Shown one piece after another: positions 49,441-63,060 of a DNA stretch of 64,000 bases. Each line of letters starts with the position of its first letter. Within the stretch, counting starts at the first letter, position 1. This DNA is from Mytilus edulis (taxonomy: Eukaryota). The notes beneath the pieces are model-generated. The model was not told the DNA's origin. It was given only the letters and a program-made list of their open reading frames with translations, and ran no database searches. The stretch spans positions 76,034,473 to 76,098,472 of the forward strand of contig NC_092349.1 in the NCBI RefSeq assembly GCF_963676685.1, given 5' to 3'. Position numbers and translations under genes: made by a program.

Positions 49441-50789
49441 TTTTTCCAATTTCTGCCCTTGCCATATTGGGATCGTCGTAATTCCAGTTACGATTATCAG
49501 TTTAACACCAGTGTATATGAGTTGTCAGTCTTTCCAGGCCATAATTGATAATTTTACATTCAGTTCGCATTAATGAATCATACATTAATTTCCAAATTTA
49601 TACAGATTTCTTTTTAATATAAATTAGATTATGAATTTATTTTCCCTTTTTATTGCATGTTTATACATACTCCTTCTGTTGCATTTCTTCCCGTTTTCGT
49701 TTCCTTTCTATATTTTATCATTTCCTGATGCTTTCTTAGTCGCAAAATTTCTAGGTAGTTAAAAATTTTGGATTCATGTTTTTCTCATTTCCGTATTTTT
49801 GTTGCATTATGCATATCCTTTGATTTGTTATAATTGCCAGCAATGTTTTTTTTTCCTTTTTATTTTTTTAACATAAAAATTATGCATGTTGCTTTCGATG
49901 AATTAAAAATTGCAGATAGACAACGTTCCTTGAATAAAACAAATGTCATGAATGTGCTGAAAAAAATCTAAGATCCCGATATTTTTCATATCAATGTCAT
50001 TTGGTCAACATCTGAAGTTAAACTTAAAATTTTCCTTTATCATATATTGGTTATTTTATAACTAATATTCTTATATTCATTAATTAAACTGGAAACAATA
50101 ATTATGATATTAAATTAAAAACCGGAGCATGACATCAATTACGTTTTGCGAACGTTGAGACAAAACTGCTATACTTTTTGAAACGATCTAAAAATCTTGT
50201 TGCTTATCGAAAAATGTTAAACACTATATTGCTTAAAAAGAAAAAAAAAATTACCGCCCAGTTTTATTTTCTATGATCTAACTATGCTTATTCAATATAA
50301 AGTGAATCGGTTAAAACCTCAATTGTAAAGAAAATACAGCGTTTTTTTTTCGTTGGGACAAGATGGCTATACATTTTGAAGTTTTGAAGTCATTGCAATA
50401 GAAACTATACGCATTGAATCCGGCCAAAAATATCATGAACCAGGAGAAAAGTAAAAAAACTTTCAAAATATCATAAAACATTTTCCTCTCAGCTTTTCAA
50501 ATTTCACGGTAGAATTGCGCAAACCCGATATATGCTTACCTTGCATATGCTTGGACATTTTCAGACCGTTTTCAAAAATAGCATTTTCTGGCTTACGGTT
50601 TCAGTGATATTGATTTTGCTTTAACACGCGAATAACAATAACAATTAAAAACCAATTGTTCAAAGAACAATTGAAGGTCTTTCCACAAGTAGAGATCTAT
50701 ATTATTATCAAAATATTAAAAAACAATCTAAAATGTCAGTTCCTATGGCTTTATAATGTATAAATATGAATTCAAAGCAAAGGTCAAAA

Positions 50790-51240
50790 TCTAGAACATG
50801 CAAATTACCTATGACCTTAACCTTAATTTCAAGGTCATAAACCAAGGATCTCAAATCAAAAGACCCTAGGTCTTTATTATGTATGGTTAATGAGTTATAT
50901 CACTTTATTCTAAATATAAGATGGGCGAAAACTCCTATTTATTGTTTACGCACCCTGTCAACCAAAATTTATAAGTAACGGCATGTCTCAACTAACAATT
51001 TAGTGAAAATAAGATGTTGATATGTTATAAGGTTTTGAAAACTAGTAAAAATAAGCCAAAATAAAAAATAAAAATTTAGAATATGACCTTGACCTTTGAC
51101 CTTGACCTTATTTTAATTTTTTTGGACCAAGGATCTCAAATCAAAAGACCCTAGGTCTCTATCACTTAATGTTTACCAGTTAGAAATGCATTTCACTTAT
51201 ATCAAATACAAAAGAGGGAATAACTCTCATATGGAGTCTC
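50790..51240. repeat. Two ~130-bp direct repeats (50795-50930 and 51105-51240) sharing ggaccaaggatctcaaatcaaaagaccctaggtct; (gacctt)n-like run at 51085-51115
   Basis: Read directly. Confidence 0.6.
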
Positions 51241-52519
51241 CGGATAGCTTCGGTCAAAACTAAACTCCTAATCCTGAAGATGTAACGAGCAATTTGGAAA
51301 AATAAATTTGTCGTAATCTTGCATGGTTGCGAAGGAGTAGTGGCCACAAGAAAAACAGTGTTTGGGGAGATAACTCTTACAACGCAAAGTATTTGGTTTA
51401 CGCAGTTGTCAGTTTTAAAAGCGCATCCACTTTATGATATCATATTCCAAATATCTAAGCGATATCTTTTGAAACATCAACAATACGCAAGAAAAAAATT
51501 AGGCGGAAGAAAAAAAATAATAATCAGAACAAAATCAAAAGGTCTTTCCACGGAAAGGTGGAAAGACCTAATTACAATACTCTTGTGAAGTTTTACGATG
51601 ATTAGAAAAAAAATACCGTAGGAAAGAAACGGAACTCCGATCTGCGCAACGTCACTGTTAACCAAAATATTTCGTATTTGGTGTTCCGAATGTCAACTTG
51701 AAAATGAGATTAGTCCTGTTAAGTGGTTAAATATTTATTTCAAATTAGCTTGTTTAGAATCTGATTCAGAATAATTCATTTTTCATTCTTTGTCCTTTTT
51801 GAAGCCGCGAGTTGTGTACAAGCCAAACAAGAGACACTACATCCTTATCGTACAATATAGGTCGTGATATATTACTTAAGGCATTGGAAGATATTGGTTT
51901 GGATAAATCTTCAGTTCGAGTTGCAAAGTCTTAGAAGCGGAGGGGCCACCTCGGTAGCTGATAACGGGGTTTCTGATAGATTTTAGAAGGCACACGATAG
52001 ATGATCATCAGATCAGTCTAAAGATGGTAATATGAAGGACAATTTATATCGTCAGTTTGTAATATCTTTTTATCTTGGCATCTAGTCTGAACTGCGGTTT
52101 ATAAAGTTTTTTGAAGTTATTTTTTTTTTTTTGTTCAAGGAATAAAAATAAATATTTTGTCAAAATTTTATGAAATTAGACGACCCAAATTAATTTTAGT
52201 CAAGGTGTTTGTCATCACCTTTTAAGATGTGTTTAACATAAAACCCACCATTAAATAAGTCAGAAACACATAAATTTTGAACAAATATAAAAATGAAACA
52301 TTACAATTGAAAACAAAATAATTAAAAAGGCATACACTACATCGGAAAGAACAAAGATAAAAAGTTACTGTCAGCTGTATAAAAACTAAATGTAATTACA
52401 TTATGTATACTGAAAGTGAGTCTAAAATGATGTGTATTCAAATTAAAACTAAAAGTTGTTGGAGTCTTCATATCTTTGATGGCTAGGGGAAGATTTCCAA
52501 ATGGCTCACAAAGATTGAA

Positions 52520-53040
52520 TATAGAGTTGTCTCGATGGCCATCATACCCCAGCTTCATCATTTGGTCTTTGACAGAGAGTTGTCTCATTGGCCATTTTAC
52601 CACATCTACATAATTTGGTCTCTGATGGAGAGTTTTCTTAAAGGCAATCATACAACATCTGCATCATTTGATCTCTGCATGGTTGAGAGTTGTCTCCTTA
52701 ACAATCAAACCACATCTACATTATTTGGTCTCTGATGGAGATTCGTTTCATTTACAATCATGCCAGATTTTTGGTGGAGCTAGAGATGTCTCATTGGTCA
52801 TTTTACCACATCTACATAATTTGGTCTCTGATGAAGAGTTATCTCATTGACAATCATACGACATCTACCATGTCTACATCATTTGGTCTCTGGTAGAGAG
52901 TTGTCGCCTTGACCATCATACCACATCTACATCAGTTGGTTTCTGATGGGGAGTTGTCTCTTTATCAATTATACCACATTATTTTATCTCTGTTGTAGAG
53001 TGGTCCCATTGGCAAGCATACCACATCTTCATTATTTTTA
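52520..53040. repeat. Second, more diverged array of the same ~57-bp satellite family (about 9 units)
   Basis: Units such as catctacataatttggtctctgatggagagttttcttaaaggcaatcatacaa and atctacattatttggtctctgatggag. Single dispersed monomer-like copies in reverse orientation at ~38185-38230, ~45425-45475 and ~56375-56425. Confidence 0.75.
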
Positions 53041-55882
53041 TACATGTAAGTATCAGTGCGACGCCACTTTATTTGAAATCTTAACAATTAATAATTTTAC
53101 TTACCTTCTAATTAAACTGCAGACATTTAATCATTAGAAAACATAAACTACAGAGTGTTCATAACTCCAACTGAGAAAATGTCTCTTATAAGATAAATCA
53201 TTTTCAGTTTCCGTGTATTATAATAGATTGATGAAAAGGTAAAAATATCTATTTCCTCAAAAAGTTCTCGTGTTACTTTTATTTATAATGAAATTTTCAC
53301 GTCACAAAGCTCTAGATGATCAAATAAATACCTAATATTTGTGTGTTCAAATATCATACATACTAGTATATCAAAAGTTGTCCAATTTGTCTAAAGTATA
53401 TGCCCCTAATGGTTAATATGCATACATAGACTCTGAGGAAAGTACTGGTAACGATTTTAGTTTCTAGAGAATTTTTATATGTAAGCATATAGTCCTTGCT
53501 TAGTCATTGATTTTATACGAGGCATTTGTATTCTGTTTTGTCGATATCTGCGTAAGCGTCCAAAGAAATTTTGGTACGCAGACAATTACTTGAAAATACT
53601 GAAAGTACGCGAATGGATCTCTAATAATTTTTAAACCACGATTATTACTCAAGTTATTTCACTTGACTGGGCGGAGTCTAGCCAATTCGCTCATAATAAA
53701 CCAGTCCATCTTAACATAGGTGTTTTAGGATAAACTCATCAATAAAGTGTGCAATCATTGTTTTGTAAATTCATTTGATGACACTGATACATGTAGGTGA
53801 TTAGAAATCGTTAATAATTATAACGGCAATCATCCTTATCACACACATCTATTCTTCAAATAGACTGTCCTTATGCAAATTAAAACATAAACTCCGCCCG
53901 ATCAGTTGAAATAACATTGGTAATAAATACCACTAAAGGATGGATGGGATTGTTTTTGGTGTATTTGTTTTCCAATTATTTAATTAGTGGGCAAGAAGAG
54001 TCTGTTTTACTGGTTCATAGAAAATAAATCGGTTCGCAGACAATAACTTTAGTATAAGTGTTTGGATATGTATGAAATTTTAGCACAAGGTTCTATACCA
54101 CAATAGCGGGATTTGGTTTACTTTTTATGTCACCATAAAAGCTGTTTAGCAATAATGGGCAAAAAGGGACTATCAACACAATTTGTTTTGTTCATAAGCA
54201 ATATCTTGAGTATAAGGGTATGGGTCACTATAAAATTTTAGCACAAGGTGCCATTCCACAATAGGAAGTTTGTTTAGTAATTAAGAGCCAAAAAGGGACA
54301 GAAAACATTTTTCAAGTTTCTGGGCAATTCTGGGAGTTTGTGTAAGATAAAGGCAACAGTAGTATACCGCTATTCAATAGACATAAATGGATTGGGCGAA
54401 TTAAAATTCGGGTCACAAACCAGTAACGAGGGAAACGGATCGACAATCAGGAAATCACGGAACAAACAGAAACACTGAACTGCTACAAAACCAAATGCCA
54501 ACATACATAGAAACGGACTATTTGATAACAACTGACATATTCCTGACTTGGTTCATGACATTTAAAAAAAAGGTGATGGGTTGAACCTGTTCTATTGCTA
54601 GATTAACCCCCTGCTTATAAGGCAATGTTAAATAACCGTTAAAATGACAGCATTGCGTGACAGGAATATAGTTCAAATAACGTTCGGTACTTAGCAGACT
54701 AGACGACATAGATGGTTTTAAACATTTGTTAAAACTACAATCTAAGACGTGGTAAAAATGTCGTTGGTTAGTTAGACACAGACACTTCGTAAAGATGAAC
54801 CTATTCGTGATGGTGTCAATAATATTTACGGAGTGTCATTTTTAATATGTCCTCCTTATGGAGCAGTTTCTGCGATAAGGAGCACACTCCTGTATATGAA
54901 GTCCATTTAGGGAAAACATAACGTATCAACTGAGATATATAAAAACACGTTACGATGGAGCAGATGGTATTTTACTGCTGAGAAATGGGAAATTGATAAT
55001 TGAGAACTTGAAATCGTCACAATTACATAGTTGTTAGTGGGAAGTCGTTCATCGGTGTCAATATTAAGTAAACAATCAAGGTATGAAGCAATCCTTTTAG
55101 TATCAGTACTCAGTAGTATCCTTAATTTCATGCTATATGTATGGGTTATTCAGTGATAAGACATCATCAGTATATCTGAAAGTAGAATAAAGGAATTTTG
55201 AAAGGTGCTTTTCCTTTTCGTCTTTTATTAGGTTCTGAATACGAGTACAAAAACAAATCGGTCAGTAGGAGTGCAAATTAGTACTCATTGGAATACCGAC
55301 GGTTTGTTGAAATATCAATCTTTCAAACTCAACAAATATATTGTCGATCAAAAAGTCCAGATTTTTTTTATAATATAAGAGTATGGATCTTTATGAAATT
55401 TAAATTAAGGTTCCTTACTTCAAAAGGAAAGTTGGGATTAATTTAGGGGGTCATGGTCCAACCGTTAAATAATTAGCGGTCGAAAAGGAAACAAAAACTA
55501 GGATTTTCTGGGTTCTCGACAATAACTTAAGTATAAGTCCATATATTGCTGTTAAATTGTGTCACAAGGTGTTATACCATACAATAATGTTTGGGATTAT
55601 TTTTAAGGGTTATGACCGTAAAGGTTTTAATTTTGAAAAGTTGAAAGGGGCTAAACATAATTCTTTGATAATTTGTTGTATAATTTGCTTATCTCTTTAG
55701 CAATTTCAATGGGGTTTAGTTAAAATCGATAATCGATTGTCATAAATCATGTAACTTTCAAACTATTTTAATCTTTTAGTATCGTCTGTTCATTCTGTTA
55801 AAGAGATAAGTTTGCCTTTGGTTCCCTTATACGTTTTATATTGTTATTCGTCTGTTAATCTTTAACTTAATACCCATAGATT

Positions 55883-55978
55883 TAGTCCGAGATAACTCTG
55901 ACGTCCAAGGTTTTTTGTCAGACAAGCCCAGCTAATCTGGCAAAACAGTCGTTGGACGTCAGAGCAATCTCTGACTAA
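55883..55978. mobile_element. Miniature MITE (96 bp): ~24-bp imperfect TIRs (TAGTCCGAGATAACTCTGACGTCC / GGACGTCAGAGCAATCTCTGACTAA), 8-bp TSD CATAGATT (55875-55882 and 55979-55986)
   Basis: Termini and flanking direct repeat read directly. Inner stem ctctgacgtccaa/ttggacgtcagag gives a cruciform. Confidence 0.6.
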
Positions 55979-57377
55979 CATAGATTGAAACGTTTACCAA
56001 GACCGCACGAGTGTTTAAACGCATTTTATAAAAAATATGAAATCAAGTAGAAAATAAAAACGGTGAGATTGAAGAAAAGTCTTAATTTATGGTCCTGTTT
56101 GTAGAGACAAAACGCGAAACAATCATATGCATCTGCAGATCGAGACCACTCTCTCTCTCCTATTGTTTTTCAACGGAGTCGATTCGTTGTCAAGCGAAGT
56201 GATGTCACATTAATGAACGTTTATACCTCTACCAGAAGATTGACTCTGATAGATTATCAGTTTTTCTTCGTCTGTCCTATATCTGTGTAGGCCATATGAG
56301 CTTATTAATTGGCGCCTGTTAGGGTCGCCCGACTGTCGTCTAAATAAAGTCGTCGTATATAGATATATTAAGAAGATGTAGTATGAGTGTCAATGAGACA
56401 ACTCTCCATCCAAATCACAATTTATAAAAGTAAGCCATTATAGGTCAAAGTACGGTCTTCAACACGGAGCCGTGGCTCACAACTATCAGCAAGCGATAAA
56501 GGGCCCCAAAAATTACTAGTGTAAAACCATTCCAACGGGAAAACCAACGGTCTAATCTATATATAAAAAAACGAGAAACGAGAAAGGTTTATGAACCACA
56601 TCAACAAACGACAACTACTGAACATCAGAGTCCTGACTTAGGACAGGTGCAAACAATTGCAGCGTGTTTAAACGTTGTAAGGGTACCAAACCTTCAACCT
56701 TATCTGAAACAATAGTATAACATCAACAAAGAAAGACACACTATATAATATCAATTGAAATGGTTTAACTCTATCAAAAGAAAATATCAACACAAGTGAA
56801 CATACACTGACGAATAAATTTGATTTATGATACAATGTAAATACAAAATCAATAAAATACGGGATGAATGATTAAAGTAAAAGTATTATACCGCTGTCAA
56901 ATTTTGAACAATTTCAGAAAATAACATTGAACACAAATCCGCCATTCACAATAATAGCATACACAGGTAAATCAAAATAATTTTGTTGTATATGAAAACC
57001 ACTGAAAAATTTCAGGAGTTATTTACTATTTTCTTATCATGCTTATCGGCAAGAGCCATCTTTGTCCTGACGATAGAAAAAAATAATAACGTTTTTAATC
57101 CTTGAATGATGGACTTTTTAATTCTAATTTATATTATTGATTCACTTTATGTTGTGATGGTCAATACACACAAATATAATCTGATAACATTTTATAGTTT
57201 TGAATGTGTTAGTAACCAGTTTACTATGATAAGGTCACAATAGGTGGAAGTATTTTTTTTCAAAGAGCATGACACTCAGCAATTATCATTTTGTGTATGA
57301 CGTGATTATTAGAATCTTATTATATCACTTTCTAGGTACCGAATGATTTTACCATAACTTTGTAAAAGTTTTAACCG

Positions 57378-59514
57378 GTGTATATGTCGTGTACAAGTTG
57401 CGATTTTGTACAGGTTATAACATGTGCAAAAATATTGTAAATGTTATAACTTGTATAATGCAAAAATACAAGTTATAACATGTACAAAAGTACCTCATAC
57501 ATGTTATAACCTGTACAAAATATTGCTTAAAAATGGTTTTAACTTGTACAAAATTTAAAATAAATCTTAATGAAGTAAAATATACATTTAAATTCACCAA
57601 TGCATAACATGCATAAAGAACAACAATAAATAGGCCAGAACGTGTCTTTTTCTTTAGAGGACAATGATCAAAAAGTTTCAGAAATATATGTTTCATGACT
57701 TATGTTGGCAAAATGTGTTTTCTGTAATTGTATGTTTTATACCCATTATGGCTTAAATAAGTGTGAAACTATTTACTAAAAGCTTGCATTCCTCAATGAC
57801 AATTACATTAGATACTAGTAATTAATTCTTCCAAAAAAGTTTAAGAACGATTCCTAATAATTTTGGGAAATACTCCTCCCTCTCAATTTTATAGCATGCA
57901 AAGACTAAAACAATGTCTTATATGCTTACCATGTAAAAGCAAGAGAGAGAGGAAATAGTTTTCATCGGACCACGCTTCATTATCAATATCTTTGGATCTA
58001 CTCTTCAACATTTTTGGCCTTCAGCATGACTTATGTAAATTTATAACTCAATTTTTAACCGGATTTTTGTGACAAAAATGTCGGTTATTGATTTGGGGAT
58101 GTACGGCGGGCGGCCGGGCGGGCGGGCGGTCGGTCGGTCGGGCGGGCGGGCGGCAATCAAATGTTGTCCGTGCATTAACTCATGAACCGTTCAACCAAAG
58201 CTTTTAAAATTTTAATATGTTATTACTGACAACTATACGAAGGTCAAGTTCAATAATGGCGATTTTGACTTTTACCGTTCAGGAGTAATGGTTCTTGAAA
58301 GATTGAAAAATGGAGTTGTCCGTGCATTTACGCATATACTGTTCTACCAAAGCTTCCCAAATTTTAATATGTTGTTACTAATGAAAGAATGGAGGCCAAG
58401 TTCAATAATGACGATTTTGACTTTTACCGTTCAGAAGTTATGGTTCTTGAAAGATTGAAAAATGGTTTTTCCCGTCGTGTCCGTGTATTTTCTCATGAAC
58501 CATTCAACCAAAGCTTTTGAAATTTTAATATGTTGTTACTGATGACAAAATAGAGGTCAAGTTCAATAATGACGATTTTGACTTTTACTGTTCAGGAGTT
58601 ATGGTTCTTGAAAGATCGTAAAATGGTGTTTCCATTCAGGTTGTTGAATTTACTCATGAACCATTCAATCTAAGCTTTTCAAATTTTAATATGTTGATAC
58701 TGATGACAAAATGGAGGTCAAATTTGATATTGACGATTTTCACTTTCACCATTCATCAGTAATGGTTCTTGTGATATTGCCAGGACACAAATAAATGTTA
58801 ATAAATCCGGTTTGCTGTCGTTGTGACAGCCTCTTGTTGTTTATAAACTATAAGATCATGGCATGAGGCAAATGTCATTTTGATGTTTTAAATATATATC
58901 CTCTACTTTGAAAGCATTTATTTGTGGCCTTTGGATGTTGTCTGCTCCATGGGCGGGTTGTTGTCTTTTAGACACATACCCCGTTTCAATTCCCAATTTT
59001 ATTTGTAGACACATCTATTCTGGCTATCCTCTTATGTCTTTTAGTGTCAACTAGAATGAAAGTATTTTACTATTGCCTTCAAAGTGGACACTCACAATTA
59101 TAATTCATCAAATAAAGATATGTCCATAGATAGTCATAAGAGGATCATAAGACATGTCCTAAGATATATCTTATGACAGGTCTCAGGAATGCTTTGTAAT
59201 ACCGACTCCTGGACATTAACTGTCTCAAAAAAGGAAAAAAAAACACACTAACATGAAGGAATAATAAGTAAGTTATGAAAATGTTGTTGAGGTCAATATC
59301 ATCTGTTGCGATAATAGAAAAATATCGTTATTTTTCGATTTTGTACAAGTTAAAACCATTTTTAAGCAATATTTTGTACAGGTTGTAACATGTATGAGGT
59401 ACTTTTGTACATGTTATAACTTGTATTATTGCATTATACAAGTTATAACATGTACAATATTTTTGTACATGTTATAACCTGTACAAAATTGCAACTTGTA
59501 CACGACATATATAC
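57378..59514. mobile_element. Foldback-like element (~2.1 kb): ~175-bp TIRs about 95% identical (57378-57558 and 59338-59514); internal (GGGC/GGTC)n (58105-58154) and about four ~155-bp tandem repeats (58163-58785)
   Basis: Reverse complement of the right arm (gtatatatgtcgtgtacaagttgcaattttgtacaggttataac...) matches the left arm. No clear TSD and no transposase ORF. Confidence 0.6.
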
Positions 59515-61499
59515 TGATAATATAAAAAAAATCATGCCTTTTGCAGGACTTCTGATCCATGTAGTATGACATATTTTTGAGATGTGGTTATGGAGGATGG
59601 ATGTTCATGAAGGGCCTGTAGTTCAAAGTATATCATTGGAGCTCTTTTTCTAAGTGTATTATAAAATGTGCTTTGCTTTAAGCTCAGTTCATTTTGATGC
59701 AATTCATTCTTTGTATAATAAAGATTTGAAAGACAACTCACATATGCACGAGGAATTGTTGAAGTCACTGAATATCCATTCTATGTAAGTGGTAATTGGG
59801 AGATAAAAGGATTGTATTTACATTTGTCAAGTTTTGTCAAGAAGCCAAATAAAAAAAACAAAAAAACAATGCGACTCGTGCTACTAGCAATATTATGATG
59901 CTAGGCTTTTTAACTTAAACATCTGTACTGCCTACGCAACTAAGTCCTGAGTGCAAATGGTCATTCACTATGTAAAAGAAAAGGACACAATTCATAAGGA
60001 CAATCTGGCCTATTTGATTTCTAAATTCCTATTTCATTGTTCAACATTTATCATTCATTCATTCGTTAATTCCTTAATTTGTCACGTCATGGTGAATTAA
60101 CAATAATGATGTGAATTACAGCACTGTCCTCTTTTATACCAAAACAAAACTAGTTTACTGTACTGGTATCATTGATATTTGTAACTGTATAACATTTATA
60201 TAAATGTCAAATAATAGGTACCCAAAGATACCTATGGATCATCATATGCCGCCTCAGGTCACTGTATATCCAAACCTGAAAGCGAGTGTCTCCTCAGATG
60301 ACAGTCTTGAACATAAAAACTAAATATTAAATAAACAACACTGCTAATGTTTAGTGTTTGGTTCAGGTTGGCTTCCATTGTGCAACACAGTTTAATATAG
60401 AACCCTATGGGAAAAACCAGAGAGCTCTTTTTGTCAGAAAACACTGGCAAACATCCAAACATTCTATCCACACTGATCTGTGTCCACACTTGTATTCTAA
60501 GAAGAAGAAAAAAATAAATCTTGACATTTTCCAAATTTTAAGCCAATCTGTTTAGGAATTTGGAAAAAGCAATAACTTTTTTTTTTCTGTCAGTCATAAC
60601 ATTGATTGGTTATAACTTATGAATCGACTAGTCTATCGCTATAATATGAACATCATGGGCCGAAATTCATTGGGCCGAATTATCTTATTGTGTAAGGAGA
60701 GTCTGATAACCAGAAACGTTAATTAAATATAAATCCTAATCAAATATCCTTTTAACAAAATTTTAATACAATAAATATATCAGGTCGCATGATTTTAATT
60801 CTATACTATCAATAATGTATTCTGTTGTTTTAATACAAAATGAAATGCCACAATGGGCGTTTCCATTTGTTGGGATGGTTATTGGAGCAGACCTTGGGAA
60901 CAAATTAAAATAATAACATTCATGATGGTCTCATCACTGTACAATAACCAAGTTGTCCTTCAAATAATATGCACAAACAAACACACAAATACATGTCCAT
61001 AGTTATGGTACGTTTAACTCTTTTTTCTGAATTTATTTTACAAAGGCTGGCTGAGGCTCTTCATGCGTCTTCACAATCACTACTCGTCCAAATAATTATG
61101 ACGTCTTGAATAGACGTCATAATTATTTGGACTAAATCACTACATGCACAAAATGATGCACATGATGCATATGATATTGATAAGGGATTGTAGTACATAG
61201 TGAGATATTTGTTATAAGCATGCATGGATTTGATCCTTTAAACTGTTGTATAATCTTACTTTAAAAAATCTTCATAGCTGTGGAACTGTCAACCTATATA
61301 TTTGTTCCGAATAAGATTTGTTCCTGATTTTTGGGTCAGGAATGATATTATATAATATTTTTTCCAATGGGAATAGATATTACAATATAGACAATAGACA
61401 ATATTTTATTCGCACAAACACATTTACATTAAATGGTTATGGCATACAAAATTAAAACAATAAACTGACAATAGTTAAATTGATTATAACTATATTAGA

Positions 61500-63060
61500 G
61501 TGACAGTGGTATTCACAGCGAAGAAGAAAAAGGCTATAAATATCAACAGTTTACACATTGTTAATGTTCATGAACAATTATAAAAAAGAACACAAACAAA
61601 AATTAGGTTGCATATTAAACAAAGTTACACAGATGTTCTTAATAAAAGACAATCATTAATATACTTTATGGTGATTTTTATAATGACTGGTAGACTGCTA
61701 TTTAAAAGTACAGTCAAATGATTTAGTGTTATAGTGGACTGCAATTTAATAAAATTGAAATTAAGATTTTTATTAATATTTTGTATATAGGTATCCCTTA
61801 ATGATTTATAGCATGGACAGATTGAGAAGAAATGGTATTCATCCTCAATTTCTTGTTTGTTACAGGATAAGCAAATGCGTTTATTTCTTTCAATGTTGGT
61901 ATAACGCCCTCTTTCAATTGCTAGGGAATGCGCACTTAGTTTAAATTTACTGAAAACTGATCGGTCGGTTTTGAATTTACATATATCAATATATGGGGGC
62001 CTTTTTCTAATTCTTTTAGTATGACAAAAGAAATTTAATTTTTCACATTTATTGATAGAACAATTCATAATTTGATAAGCCTGGTCATAGATTCTTTGTT
62101 GGATACTATTTATGTGATATTTTAAATTAAAAGTATTAAAAGTGAGATGACCAAAACCTAATTTATTTAACCAGTCTTTTACAATGTTAACCCATTTACT
62201 TGTTTTCTCTACATTATTATATATTTTATGGACTAAAGTGTTAGGAGAGTTTACAATGTGGTTTAGAAATTTTATAGCTGAAAGGTGAATTTTAAAGTAC
62301 AAAGGGATTCTGTTTGTCTCAGTTAAACAGGCTACATTTGTTGTTTTGCACTGTACTCCTAAAATTTCTTTAATAAATTTAATATGTAAATGTTCAAATG
62401 GATCTGAATCTTTGAACACTTGGCATACACCCCAAACTTCACTTCCATTATCATAAAGAGTTATTGGAACAACTAAAGTATCAAATAATTTTTCAAGCAT
62501 ACTGCAGGAATTATCTAAAGAGACTGTTTTTTTAATTTTAAACCAAGCTTTTCTTCCTTTTTCCATAAGATTTTTTTTTGAATGATTTAAACTTCCTGAA
62601 CAATTTATAGTTATTCCAAGGTAACAAATAGATTTAACAGTCTCAAGATGTTCTTTTTCTACTTTAAAATAATTACAATGAGATTTTCCATTAGAATTGA
62701 ATATTATAATTTTTGATTTTTGTTTGTTAACATCAAGTTTCCATAGGGAACAAAATTTAGTTAACTCATTTAGTGCATTTTGTAGCCCTTCTTGGGTTTC
62801 AGACAATAAAATAATGTCATCTGCATATAATAATGATGTTAGTTTAACATCTCCTATAATAATTGGTTGAGTGTTTGCATGATCAAGGTCATTTACAAGG
62901 CCATTTATATAAATATTAAACAAAGTGGGGCTAAGTACATCCCCTTGTTTTACTCCGCAATTTGATATAAATTCATGGCTAATACCATTTTGAAATTTAA
63001 TTCTGCATTTGTTGTCATTATACATTGATTGGATGACGTTAAAAAGTTTGCCTGGAAGTC
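61500..63060 (-). mobile_element. 5'-truncated LINE fragment (third copy/family): ORF 61625-63025 encoding the C-terminal half of RT plus CCHC tail
   Basis: GVKQGDVLSPTLF, LLYADDIILL, RICLSCNKQEIEDEYHFFSICPCY. Element ends are approximate. Confidence 0.75.

Noticed and set aside
53650-53891. Possible ~240-bp MITE with 24-bp TIRs ttatttcacttgactgggcggagt / actccgcccgatcagttgaaataa
   Set aside because: TIR-like inverted repeat is real, but no target-site duplication could be identified (flanks tta/taa are not direct). Kept out of features as unconfirmed.
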